Below, piece by piece: positions 25,444-37,647 of a stretch of 64,000 nt of DNA. Below the pieces are notes generated by a model. It was not told the DNA's origin, ran no database searches, and saw only the letters and a list, made by a program, of their open reading frames with translations. The translations under genes and the position numbers were made by a program. Origin of the DNA: Yuukianura sp. NJ FZ-2021. Lineage: Eukaryota. Position 1 is the first letter of the stretch, and each line of letters begins with the position of its first letter. The stretch lies in assembly GCA_046563655.1 (NCBI GenBank), contig CM102289.1:1550001-1614000 (forward strand), in the 5' to 3' direction.

Positions 25444-26541
25444 ATGACTACAAAGTCAGCCAGCAGAGAACACCTTTTGAGGTCGAGCGACATGACCTCG
25501 GATTCTGTAAATTTTGTTCAAAACTTTGCAAAATGTGATCAGGAAAACTCAAATTTGAAATGGGCTTCACAACGTACTGGAACTTTACTCAAGTGCCAGC
25601 TTTGGACAATTTTCTTCCTCACTTGGCTCATAGTAAGTTTCAAAATTTGGAAAGTCAAAGTTTAAAATTTTGAAGAAGGCAATAGCATTGTCGAAAACAT
25701 TTTTTTTTGGAAAGCTTTGTTGACAACTTTTGTTGCTTACGCAATTGCTATGTCTAAAGTGAAAAACAACAATAAACAATAAGCAGGGTTTTGTGACATG
25801 CTGACCTTGAATTTTTTGTGGACATTTCTCTGTATAAGGAGTTTTTCTCAAAAAGTGGTTTTAAATTTTGGTTTTGGCTCTTTTCAAAATAGGTTGTCCT
25901 TCACGGATCAAATTTTTCAGTGAAGACGAGTTTGACCTCTGACCTGGTTCCCCTCTCAACACTTTGGATTCTGAGCGTCTACGCTCTGTCTATTTCCACT
26001 GCATTTTCGTTTCACTACTTCCCATCTACACTGGGGTATTTGATTACACTCAAAAAATTTAGAAGAATTACATATGTTGTATTTTAATTTTATCTCTTAT
26101 TTTCATATTTTGACGTATATACATCAAAATTTAAAATAAAGCTAACTTAAGACTAAATTTTTTGCAGGATTTTGATTTCAGCAGTGCTACAAGCAATTAC
26201 CCTGATTTTTGGAATTTACTTTTCGCACATTGCTGTTCATGCTCTCGAAACACATGGCAAAATTGACAAAAACGACACAACACGTAAGTATCCATAAACC
26301 ATGAAAACTAACCAGTATTTGTACATTTCCTGAAATTAGCAAACTTTTAATTATATTAATAATTATATTTATTTAATCATATTAATTTAATTTAGGAATG
26401 TGGGGAGCTTTCCTTTACTCGAGTACTGTGGCTTCCAATGCAGCAATTTCACTTTCGTCCGTTCTTTTGATTTTATCAGCAATTCCAGACATTTTGAATT
26501 GCTCAAACCGCAATTCAAACGCTGCAATCCAAACGCCTTGA
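25444..26541 (+). CDS. Uncharacterised ~197-aa protein with four hydrophobic segments; exons 25444-25632, 25893-26035, 26168-26283, 26396-26541
   Basis: Four GT-AG exons with matching phases (0,2,1) splice into one ORF ending ...AAIQTP*; exons 2-4 and their splice sites are conserved in a second copy. Confidence 0.75.
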
Positions 26542-26771
26542 GCAAACAGACAAACGAAATTGAAGAAAAATTGCAAGCGTTTTGCAGCCGAAGAAATTTA
26601 TGCCAGCATAACAAAAAAAACTATTGCAACAACACTATATACTATGTAAGTTAATGTGATAAAAATTATGTCAAAATATTGTGCAACACAATAGTTTTTC
26701 GCGGTACATCAACTTAAAAGCGTTACGAAGACTTTCATTAAAAAAAGTATTATGCTTTACTCTGTAAGTAC

Positions 26772-27031
26772 CAGCCCCGTGCAATCAGCACCATTAGCAA
26801 CCAACGCCATTTTTTGTTTGTGACGTCACCAGCTGAAAAAATACCGTAATTGTGATATTTTACCCCGCTGGCATCTATGTAAACAAGATGCGGTTTGCGG
26901 GTTTCTATAGGACGCCATCATTAATACGCAGAATTCCGGTATTTTTCAGCGGGTGACGTCATTTTTTTTTTCCATATGGCAACCAAACAAACTTTCTATC
27001 CGCACTACCTAGTAGTATTCTATTTACCTTG
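26772..27031. mobile_element. 260-bp insertion with 9-bp flanking direct repeat
   Basis: TGTAAGTAC at 26763-26771 and 27032-27040; absent from the paralogous site ~41265; internal inverted repeat TGACGTCACC.GCTGAAAAA. Confidence 0.6.
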
Positions 27032-27798
27032 TGTAAGTACTAAAAAAATAAAGTTAGAAAAAAAATTTCTTTTCGGTTTTTTTTTACCCAAAAAATGGAT
27101 TCAAAATTGACATTTTTTGACATTGACATTAAGTTTTGAACAAAAAGTTCATTCATGTGTGACTCCATTTTTGTTAATTGCACAATTAATTTTATGAAAT
27201 TTTAAAAGTTGTGTTGCACTCTGCTACTTCATTTTTTGTTTGAAGTATCTCTAAAAATAGGCTATAAGAATTTATGACTTGAACAAATAGAAAAATGTTT
27301 GACTTCTGGCTGTGACTTTTTGGTTCAATGGCTCCTTCCTGGTCACACACGCAAAATGCGTCTGAAATCATGTCACTTTTGAAGTAAGTTGGAAGACTAA
27401 TGGTTTATGGACAAACATCTTCTGCATCTGGTTCTTCCATCAACGAAGTGGATCCAACTGAATTAACTTTTTCACCAGCTTTTTATTTTCCAAATACCAA
27501 AGATGCAACTTACCAAAGAGGAAAAAATTCTGAAAATGGGGACTTAATGGGTGCATTTCAACCTTAAGAAGTCAAGATCTTGTCGTCGCATTTCCTTTTA
27601 ACTCAAAAGTTGCATTGCGTCCCACTGCACTCTGCTCCCCTCAATCGAACCGAAATCACTTCCACCAAAATTTCAGTTCACGAGCCCAAATTGTTCAAAA
27701 ATTTTTTTCCATTCTAATTTCTAAAATTTCTACAGAAAAAAAGCACTAAAAAGTTTGAAGAAATGTCTTAGAGCTAATTTTTGCTGAAAAGTTTAGCT

Positions 27799-28476
27799 AT
27801 GTCAAATTTTTTCTTTTTTATCATTCTGTTAGTTTTTTTGAAAAACACCCAAAGTTTTCTGCAAATCGGAGACTTTTTGTCCACCGGTGGAAAACGCGGG
27901 AGATTCAAAAGTGGAAAAACTGACGAACATCAGTGCAGATTTGACCTACAATCCGTTTGTACCACTCGAGTGCATCACTGGACGGTGTCAATGTAAACGT
28001 GGTTACACAATTAATAGAAATGGAACAGTTTGTTTAGAAATTGCACGAAATGGACTCGAATCTCCCTGCGAAGAAAGTATTCAATGCTGGAAAGGACTTT
28101 TAGGCGGACTAGCAGAATGCAACACTGCCACAGGAAGATGCCAATGCTACGAATCCGAAACGCTTCCAATTGTTTTCCACCAAGGAAGGTAAACTTTTCA
28201 AAAATTTTCAAATTTACAGATTTTTCGAATTTCTTTTTTACGTAAAAAAATTCGGCAAGATTCCCAGGAATACTTTCCAACATTTGCCGATAGTTTTTTT
28301 CCCCTCGGCATTTCTTTGCTAGATTCATTCAAAAATTTGTTTCAATATTTGATTCTCCATACCAAAATTTTTTCCCGCGCTTTTTTTGACTTTGTAGATG
28401 CTACTACGGTGGAAGTCTTGGGGACTACTGTCAAATCGATGGACTTTGCACTGCTACCACTGAAAACGCGACATGC
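27799..28476 (+). pseudogene. Truncated copy of the EB-repeat gene (exon 27799-28188, partial exon 28398-28476) fused to laminin sequence; +1 T at 27874-27878
   Basis: Matches 42033-42725; similarity ends abruptly after ACATGC. Confidence 0.85.
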
Positions 28477-31400
28477 GTTTTGTCATGTCACTGGAAATGG
28501 CCAACGGCACGGTCAGTTTTAAATTTGACCTTGGAAATGGCATCACCGATATCACGACTCCTGAACCATACAACGATGGATATTGGCACACAGTTTCAGC
28601 CGTGAGTTCAAAAATACCACTTTTTTAAAATTTTTCTGAAAAAATTTTGAAACTTATTTTTGTCTTTACTTAGGTCCGTTTCGGTCCTTCCGGAAGACTC
28701 GAGATTGACTGTCAAAATCGAGGTCAAGCGACCGGACCAGATGGATCTCTGACCGTCACAGACTATATGTATTTTGGAGGCTATCCGAACCAACACGATT
28801 TTCGTGCCGTTACAAATCGTGACTTCGAAGGCTGTTTAGACGAAGTGCAAGTTGAGAATGAACTAGTTGACCTGCGCAGTGCCGTTGAACAGCGTGACAC
28901 GATGGCTGGCTGCCCGTCGTCTCCAGTTGACCTTGTAGCGTCATTTTTCGGCGACGGATTTCTCAAAATTGATAGCGGAGTGACACCTTCAGATTGTTAG
29001 TGGTCAATATGTGTATAAATTTTCAAAAAATTGACTTCCAAATCTATGTTTTTTAATTTTCACCTAAGTTTTTGTAATTCGTGTTTTTGTTTTGAAAATT
29101 TCAGCGACCCCGCCTATATCACATACGCGAGACGACGTTTTTGAACTAACTTTCAGATTTCGGACGAATGATTCTCAAGGTCTCATCTTCTACGGCACAG
29201 ACGCAGCTCAAGAAAATTATTTGTCGGTTTCTATGGCCGAAGGAGCTTTGCATATCAGGACAATGCCTGGAGAAAGCAAAGTTAACACAGAAAAATTGAA
29301 TGATGGCGGTTGGCATCTCGTCACCATAACACGAGACCGTAACGCTCTTTCAGTCAATGTCGACGACGCTTTTGAATACCAGTAAGTCAAAACATAACAC
29401 TTTCAAAATTTTCAAAAATTTCAAAACTCATTTTTCACAAGAAAAAATCTCCTTTCGAAAATTTTCCTCGCAAACATTGAGAAATTTTTTCCTCGCAAAC
29501 CTAGGGAAATTTTTTTCCTCGCAAATCTCCCTTAGAATTTTTTTCCTCGGAAATTTCTGCCGAAATTTTTTCGTCGCAATTTTCTTAGAGCAACGTTTTT
29601 TTTGACAACAATGTGCAAAATTTCTTTGAAAAATAACTAAAATAAGAATAACTATGAATCTCAATATTTATATATGTTATTATTATATTATGAAAATTGC
29701 GTGAGATATTTTTTGTAGACAAAATGCTCCGTCTGGTCCACTCTCTCTTGTCTTCTCCCGGATCAATGTTGTTGTTCGGTGGTCGTCCGACAGACTTCCA
29801 GATGAAAGTGGATTCCGCAGAATCTGAAGAGTACTACAAAGGCTGCTTAGGCGACATCAGTGTCAACGGAAAACAAATTGATTTCAGTGCATCTGAAGGT
29901 TCCGGGTCCTCCGTTACCCGGAATTGTCAATCCGAAAAAGAAGAAGTTCCTCCCGAAAACTCTTCTTATGCAATCGGGCGAGACGACGATCTTGACGAAA
30001 AATCAACCAAGAGTCCTGCGCCAGCAGAACACCAAGAAACTACTACGCAAATGCCAGAAACAACTACGTATATTCCTCCTCCGCCATTCATACAGAGACC
30101 GGCTACAAAAAAACCGAAAGTACCGGAAAATGCCGTTCCGTTCGAAAAGTGTCGACTGCCCTTCAGACGCCAACTTCCGTTAGACGATGACGCCAGTTTA
30201 GATGATGGCGTCCAATTCGGAAATTTTGACAAAACCTCTAGAATTGAATTCACCGAGGCCAACGATGATGGCGGGAGATCCGAATATTCAATTGAATTCA
30301 AAACGCTGTACCCCGATGGAGTCATTTTGATCAAAACCCGGGTAGATTCGACCGATTTCATTTCAGTTTACCTCCGAGGGGGGTCAATCCACTTTGCATT
30401 TGACCTTGGATCGGGTCAAGGCGTCATCAATAGCACAAAAACTTACAATGACGGAGTTTGGCATACTGTAATGGTAGAGCGCATACTGGCAGAAGGTACT
30501 TTGACTGTAGATGGAGAATTGATTGGAAAAGGAAGTTCTCCTGGATCAACTACAAACATTAATGCTGGCCAAACTCTGTTTATCGGTGGGTTGAGTGGAG
30601 CTATGTGGTCTAAAAAGTTCAATACGGCCAGAAAAGTGGGAAGTCCCATGGGCCCTTTTAACGGGTGCCTTAGGAATTTGAACATCAGAAATGAGCATCC
30701 TGGACAACCGACACTTACAAATGCAATTGAACCGTGTATGGAACTCAGTGAACCGGGATTCGCTTTTTATCCGAACCAAGGCTACATGAAACTGAGTAAG
30801 TTTGAAAAACGGCGGAGTCTTTAGCCTAACTCTAAAAAACCGATATTCGCTAACTTGAAAAATTTAAACTTTAAAAACTGAGATTTGTTTAAAAAAAAAC
30901 TTCTTAACATTTTTTTGTATGTGTAGCTGACAAGTTCAAAGTCGGTCGACGCATCAAAATTGACCTTGCGATCAAACCAAGGTCACCGTCTGGAATCCTG
31001 CTTGCTGTGCACGGCGAAACCGACTACATGGTACTTCAAATGGTCAATGGCACAATTAAATTTACAATTGACAACGGAAAAGCTCCATTGGCCAGCAGCT
31101 TCTCTACGCAACCGTACGATCTATGCGATGGTAGATGGCACACAATTCAAGGTAATAAATTTAAGTTTTTGTGCGGGAAGATGTAAAATTCGCGGTAATT
31201 AATTTCCTTCAGTTTAAATTTTTGAATTTCAAAATTGTGAATTCTAAATTTTTGAATTTCAGCTTCCAAGTCCAAAAATGTAGTGACGCTGGGAATTGAC
31301 GACACTTTTGCAAGTCCGGGAATTGGTCCGGGCGGATCCGATGCCACGGACACTGACCATCCTCTGTACTGGGGTGGACATCCGAACCCTGCTGGCAAAC

Positions 31401-31531
31401 CGGGACTAGAGACAACTGAACAATTTGTAGGGTGCATGCGCAACCTCGTCATTTATGGACGGAATGCTATCAAATATGACTACGAAGCCATGCAAGGCAC
31501 AGTGGGTGTACATACCTGCCAGAGTGACTAA
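28477..31531 (+). pseudogene. Laminin alpha 3' duplicate (part of LG2 to LG5); exons 28477-28601, 28674-28995, 29105-29381, 29719-30795, 30927-31151, 31263-31531; +1 T at ~29749
   Basis: LamG motifs, splice phases consistent, near-identical to 157-1941; starts mid-exon. Confidence 0.85.
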
Positions 31532-32865
31532 GATTTTTAAAAAAAACTTTGCCGGAAGAATTTGTATATTTCAAAATCACATTTTTTCAAAAAACAATTC
31601 TGTGTAGAAATAAATTAATTCATTCGAACGCTTAGGTTTTGCAGCGGGTTTTTTATTACTAAATATTTATTGATTTTCCCATGCTGTTAATGTTGAAGAA
31701 AAAACTATTTTGTTGTTGACGAACCTTGTTTGGAATCGCTCACTTTCTTTTGTGTCCCATTAACGTTGAATTTTTTTAAATGCCATAAACAAGGAATATT
31801 CTTAGTTCTGACGTACTATAGCCTTCCAGTTACGTATTCAAATGCGTCAGTAAATAAATCGAACGAGAACAATAACGGCAATTTTCCATCATCAAAGCGC
31901 CAAGACTTCACACAATGGAAAAACCTTGATGTCGATTTTTAGAAATTATGCCGAAAACTTAATAATCCACTCAACGGAACCTTGGATAAGATTCACTTAT
32001 CTGAATATGGCTGTAAAGTTGAATTTGAATTGTGTGAATTCTTATTTTAATTATCGCCTTCCCGAAAAATTTTTTAAGTCCTTGATAATTTAGCCTTGTT
32101 CAATTCTGTTTCCTTATTGTCGCATTGTCTGAAGGGGGCTTTATTAACGCGCTCGAATTTGTCGCTTAGCATAGTCTTATTCTTTCACCGGAAGCTAAGA
32201 CACTCGACGAAATCTAAGCGGAAAAGTTACGGGTAACCTTTTTATCTTACATTAATGTGAACAAAGGTATCTTACGATTTGTGTTTTACAGTCTAGGATC
32301 GGATAAGTACGCTCCAAAAAAGCGTTTTAAGCACTTGAAAAGTCCGTAAAAATTGGTCCAAAAAGTAAAAAAATAAACATGTACGAAAAGTCCCAAAAAT
32401 AAAGAAATACCGCTAATTTATTGCCCCATAATTCATGTGACAAGTCCAAAATGCAAAACATTCAAAGTTTTCAATGGTAAAACACTGTCGACGGTCACTT
32501 GATATTTCTTTTAATATTTTCTCTTGTATTTTTTTCTTCTGAAGCTGTACTGGTGAGACATGTGTTTTCCAGTGATTTTTTTCCACCCGAATTTGAACAA
32601 ATTTGTGTAGTTTTTTGAAAACTTGAGCCATTTTTCATGAAAAAATTGACATATGTAAGGAAAAAGAGTCCTAAAAACGTTTTATGGTCGGAAAAGTTTT
32701 TAAAACTTTTTTAACTTTTTAAAAGTCAGCAAAGTGCTAAAGGTGCTTAAAAAAGTTTTTACGTACTTATCCGATATCTGTTTATAGTAATTTCAACAAC
32801 AACAAATTTATTCCAAGCAAAACTATAATTTACTTGAATAATTGTAAGGTTTGTCTCTTTTAGAA

Positions 32866-33978
32866 ATGACAATGGAACTGAGGCAAGTGATGCAAAGGAA
32901 ATTGCAGTTTGATTTTGGAACATTTTGGGATCCGATATGTAAAGAGTCAGTTGAGGTCACGGGACAATTCCCAGTAATTATTCCCAGTGTGGAAGGGATA
33001 TTGGTACAGGAAGACGTGGTACGCAGTCAGAAGTTTCTCAAAATTTGGACAGAATCAATGTTTAAATCGGATTTAAATCCCAAATATGTCGAAGATACGA
33101 CTACCACGGTTGCAATATTTGTACCTCTCACTTATCCATTCCAACCTATCGGCAGTCCAAAATTTAATTTGTGTCTTCAGTTCCTTATGTTCTTGTGGGT
33201 CATTGACGACATTCTGGAGTCATGTGTGAGCAACAAACTCACTTCTGAACAAGTTTATACCAACGGTGCAACATATCTCCTAGGAATACTGTCAAAGAAT
33301 ACAACAGATTTTGACAAAGAAAAAGTAGAAGGATTTCCTTCGTTTCAAGGTTTGTTTAATGCTTTCTCTGACATTGTCCAAAAGCTTCAAGTATTCGATT
33401 CCACCGGAGGAACAAAAACCCAGCAATTTTACTTCCTTTTCAAAGAGTATTTTGAATGTGTGGCTCGTCGGAGTAAGATTGATGGTGCCCTATCTGAAGA
33501 AACTTTTCGGAAATGGCGAGGAGGCACAGGGTTTTTTTCGGGAAGTGTAGAATTCTACTGGATTGTAGAAAATGAACATGGACTGCCGTCTGAAGTTCTG
33601 GAATCACCCGTACTCCGTTCCATTTGGTCTGTTATTGACTCTATGGGGGCATCTACAAATGATTTGCTGGGTATCCTCATCGACGTCCTCCATGGCGACA
33701 AACAACCTGAGCAATATGAAGTTGACAATTTAGTTGTTTTCAAAATTGTTCAAAAAGAAATTCGATTGTGTGATGCCGTTGACCAAGTATGTGAAGTAGT
33801 TAAGAACGATGTGGTTGAATATTTGAAGCTGCGGGAGAACTTTGTGCAAAATTTTTCAAAATGTTCTGAGGTCATGAAATACATTGACGTGATTGAAACA
33901 GCGTTGTATGGGCACTGCCAATCATACATGTACATGCCACGATATCGGGCTTCTGGTTGTGTAAAACTTACAGACTAA
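32866..33978 (+). CDS. Microbial-type class I terpene synthase, subfamily A copy 3 (intact)
   Basis: Same DDILE / WR..TG / NDLLG / PRY motifs; close paralog of 3716-4822. Confidence 0.85.
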   Translation: MTMELRQVMQRKLQFDFGTFWDPICKESVEVTGQFPVIIPSVEGILVQEDVVRSQKFLKIWTESMFKSDLNPKYVEDTTTTVAIFVPLTYPFQPIGSPKFNLCLQFLMFLWVIDDILESCVSNKLTSEQVYTNGATYLLGILSKNTTDFDKEKVEGFPSFQGLFNAFSDIVQKLQVFDSTGGTKTQQFYFLFKEYFECVARRSKIDGALSEETFRKWRGGTGFFSGSVEFYWIVENEHGLPSEVLESPVLRSIWSVIDSMGASTNDLLGILIDVLHGDKQPEQYEVDNLVVFKIVQKEIRLCDAVDQVCEVVKNDVVEYLKLRENFVQNFSKCSEVMKYIDVIETALYGHCQSYMYMPRYRASGCVKLTD

Positions 33979-34715
33979 TTAAAAGTTTGCCAAATTTCAA
34001 ACTAAACTATATCCGTAGTCAGTAATTGAATAAAATCAAGTTGTTTGATTTCTTAGAAAATACATTTGCTTGGAAGTTCGATACTTTTTCTCTCAAAACC
34101 AGTGTTTCGTAAATTGCGCCTTTTTAAAATCGATGCTTTGCTTTTTGCGTCAAAATAACCTTATACTTGTTAAATAAAGCAACAAATTTGGTTTATGGCG
34201 GTTTTACCTTAGAAAACAATAAATTTGTCTTAAAAATGTCAATTAATTGATCTTTCAAAAACATAAAAATTATAAAAATAACAAGTGTGAAAATCGCTGC
34301 TTGCTTCATAACAAATTCAGGTCTAATTCGATTGAGTTAAGGCAACGTAGTTAAGGCTACGTGGTCACATGTTGCAAATTAAATACAAAATATATACCAT
34401 GAATTCATATTTTTGCTAAGATTTCTTTTATTTGTTACTCAAATTTCTGAAATTTTGATATATTTAAGCAAATGTTTCTAGCGGCTACTTGGCAACAGCA
34501 TGACTCTGATAGTCTTCCATCCGGCAGGGTTCCATTGCATAAGCACAATTCCCCGGACATGTCGTAGCTTGGCGATTTGCGTCTGCGTAGGTCGTGGACC
34601 GGCACTGCTCAACTGTCTTGTCATGTTACTAGAATGTACACAGATACTACTCAGCCGTCTCCCAAGGTGCTGCTCAAGATATCAAAAATGCTTTCAACCT
34701 TATCAGAGAAGACCT

Positions 34716-34882
34716 TAGGTACATGGGTTTGCTCAGTGCCTTCTAGAGTGCGCTGTGATTGTGCGGTAAACTTTGCATTGCGGCTCCAGAATGTCTTCCA
34801 TTGCCCATGACTTTCCTTCTACAACTTCTGTGCAGGAAATTATTAAAACGGGAAGCAGATATTTCCAACTGTGTGAAAACAT
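34716..34882 (-). pseudogene. 5' fragment of the lipocalin-like gene
   Basis: Matches ~10140-10328 with an internal deletion; joined directly to an RT relic. Confidence 0.75.
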
Positions 34883-35112
34883 GGCCTCAATGTTTGACCG
34901 CTTAGCTTCTATGAGAGAATAGAATAAAATGTACGTAATGAACCTCCTGAACTTACGAGGGAAACCTGTTGACGTGATCTCGAAATTTTGGATTTAAATA
35001 CTACAGTCATATTCTACAGTCAAAAGAAATTTTTTTGAAGTGGTTTCGGTTGCGAACGCCAAAAAATATACCCCGACCTGGACTGGAAGCAGTGTCCCCG
35101 CTCCAATAATAG

Positions 35113-36148
35113 GTAATTTCGGTTTTCTGACGGTGATGGTGATGGTGGATTGTGCTTCAAGTTTCAATCCACAATACCAGACGGTAGCAAAAACAGTTTC
35201 GGTTTTGATGTGTATGGTGGAAGGATGGTACTAAGTTAATTTTTTGCGCCCAATTCGGATCCCGGTTGAGGTGAACCCGAAATGTTTCTCTTGTAAACAA
35301 ACGCTGTAAACATTATCGCATATACGTTTTAGTAAAAAATCAATATACCCGCATATACATTGGGTGGTTACAATCATGTGTAACCACTGAGGCCATTTGT
35401 AACCACTGACGTCATTTGTAACCGCTGACTCCATTTGTAAACCACTGACGTGACGTCATTTGTAACCACTGACGCCATTTGTAACCACTGACATGACGTC
35501 ATTTGTAACCACTGACGCCATTTGTAACCACCGACGTCATTTGTAACTGCTGACTCCACTTGTAAACCACTGACGTGACGTCATTTGTAACCACTGACGC
35601 CATTTGTAACCACTGACGTCATTTGTAACCACTGACGCCATTTGTAACCACTGACGTCAATTATAACCACTGACGTCAATTGTAACCACTGACATTAAAT
35701 ATATGACCAGCCACAATCTAACCACGCAGAGGTCATAGGGCGTACCACAACGTAACCACTGACGTCATTGCAAACATACAGTTTACATGACGTCAGTGGT
35801 TACTGTGGGTACAACAAAAACAACTCCAGCTTAATCCAACTTTTCCGTCGAAAAAACAACCGACGGTTACATACGTAACCTCACCTGGAAGACACGCCTT
35901 TTTTTTACTCACGAATACAAGTGACACCATAAAGTTTACTTCAACCGTCAATTTAAAACTCAATTTTGTTTTCGCGGGCACCGAAAGTCTCATTCTACCC
36001 CAACACAAAGGGATTCCTACCGTCCCGTCAGGAGCAGAGACGGGTTTCAGAAAAAGGCCCAAAATACTCTCAATACGGACGGATGGTAGGATTGTAGCTA
36101 CAATCACCATCACAGTCTACCATCCGTTTTTCATAAAACCGAAACTGT
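35113..36148. mobile_element. Non-autonomous element nested in the MITE, carrying a minisatellite
   Basis: Absent from the 10399-10815 copy; inverted CAGTTTCGGTTTT (~35194) / AAAACCGAAACTG (~36135); boundaries approximate. Confidence 0.5.
35378..35803. repeat. ~19-bp minisatellite TTTGTAACCACTGACG(T/C)CA, about 15 units plus outlying and inverted copies
   Basis: Directly visible head-to-tail repeats without unique spacers. Confidence 0.95.
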
Positions 36149-37647
36149 CAAATGAGAAAGAATAATTTTTCTCCTTAATTCCTCAATACAAAACGCCCGT
36201 TGCATGTCATATAACATCCCAAATACGTTTTGTGTTGAAGAATTCAATACAAAAAAAAATATTTTTTCTCATTATCTTGGAGATGGGACACACGGGTTCG
36301 AGAAGCAGAAAATTTTGTTTCGGCATACATAATATGACTGAAATTGTTAAATTCAAAATTTCGAGACCACGGCAAAATGTTTCCCTCGTTAGAAAAGGTT
36401 GTGAGGTCAAGTCAAACAGAAGGTGAAGCAAGTAGTGCGTTATTGGAACTGGAACCTAAATAGCACATACTAGCATTAAGTATCGGCAGAAAAAGGTGAA
36501 ACCGTCTGTGAGCAAATTTTCTAATTTATTATTCACAGGTTTTATCTTAAACTTAATTAATATTTATTACTTAACTTCCTTAAGTAATGCCAGATAATAG
36601 CAACATATTGAGCTTCGCGTTGAGTGATAAACAAAGAATGCTGAATAATGAATTTAACACTTTAACTTGTGTTGCTCAAGGTTCTTAAACAATAAAACAG
36701 TTGTTTAGGACAACAAAACCTTCAGAGCAAAACCTACTCAAGGCGGTTTTAGTATGAAGATCGGTGCCGAAGCTGTCGTTCATGCTACTAGATTGTACAC
36801 AAGTACAACTCATCCGTCTCTCAAGGTGCTGCTCAAGATGCCAATAATGCTTTCGACTTTATCTAAAGAGACTAAATGCTACAATCTTTGAGGGTAGCAA
36901 TCTAAGTCATTAAGGTTTAAAATACGACACCCTTGAAGATGTTATTTTAAAATTAACATTTTTTTTATCCTATATTTTTTAGATCCAATTATCTGTATCC
37001 AATTATCAGATTCGTTATGTAGAAAAATGGCAAAATCGTTGTCTTACGTGGTTGTAATTTATTTTTTGATTGAACTAAATGAGACTTCGATAATTGGAAA
37101 GTAATACAATTTTAAGGAATAGCAGAGGTTAGGTAATGTGTTTACTTCAGTTTTATCAGATGTAAATGTGGCTTATATTAACTCAATTCGTAATAAAGTT
37201 TTCCAGACGTAGCGACGAGGAAAGGCTTTTAACGTTGTTTTTTGATTTCAGGATAGCCTAATTGGCAACTAAAATTTAATCTGGCAATAACTTGACTCAT
37301 TTTCAATTCTATTGCCTATTAACTGAAAAACAATAGGAGTGTTTGTCTTATAAATTAAGAAAAAGGCGAATGAGGACATTTCCAAAGAAGAAAACACTGT
37401 ATCCAATTTGTGCTGAAATCCATTTCGGATGCAGCGGTTAAACAGTTGAAAAGTTGGTAAATTCTTGTTTTTGAAATAGCAAATTTTTCAAACTGTGTTT
37501 TTTTTTTACTTGTACCATTCACTTGCAGGTTTTGTGCTAAGCGTTGGTAATTATTAGTACAGCTATTATTTTTTGCTAGGTTAATGTCAACCTAGGTTAA
37601 CCTTTTGTAAAAACCGCAAACTTGCTCCAATTGTATTAAATATCGGA

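Noticed and set aside
35378..35803. CRISPR-like array
   Set aside because: Head-to-tail units without unique spacers, eukaryotic context, no cas genes
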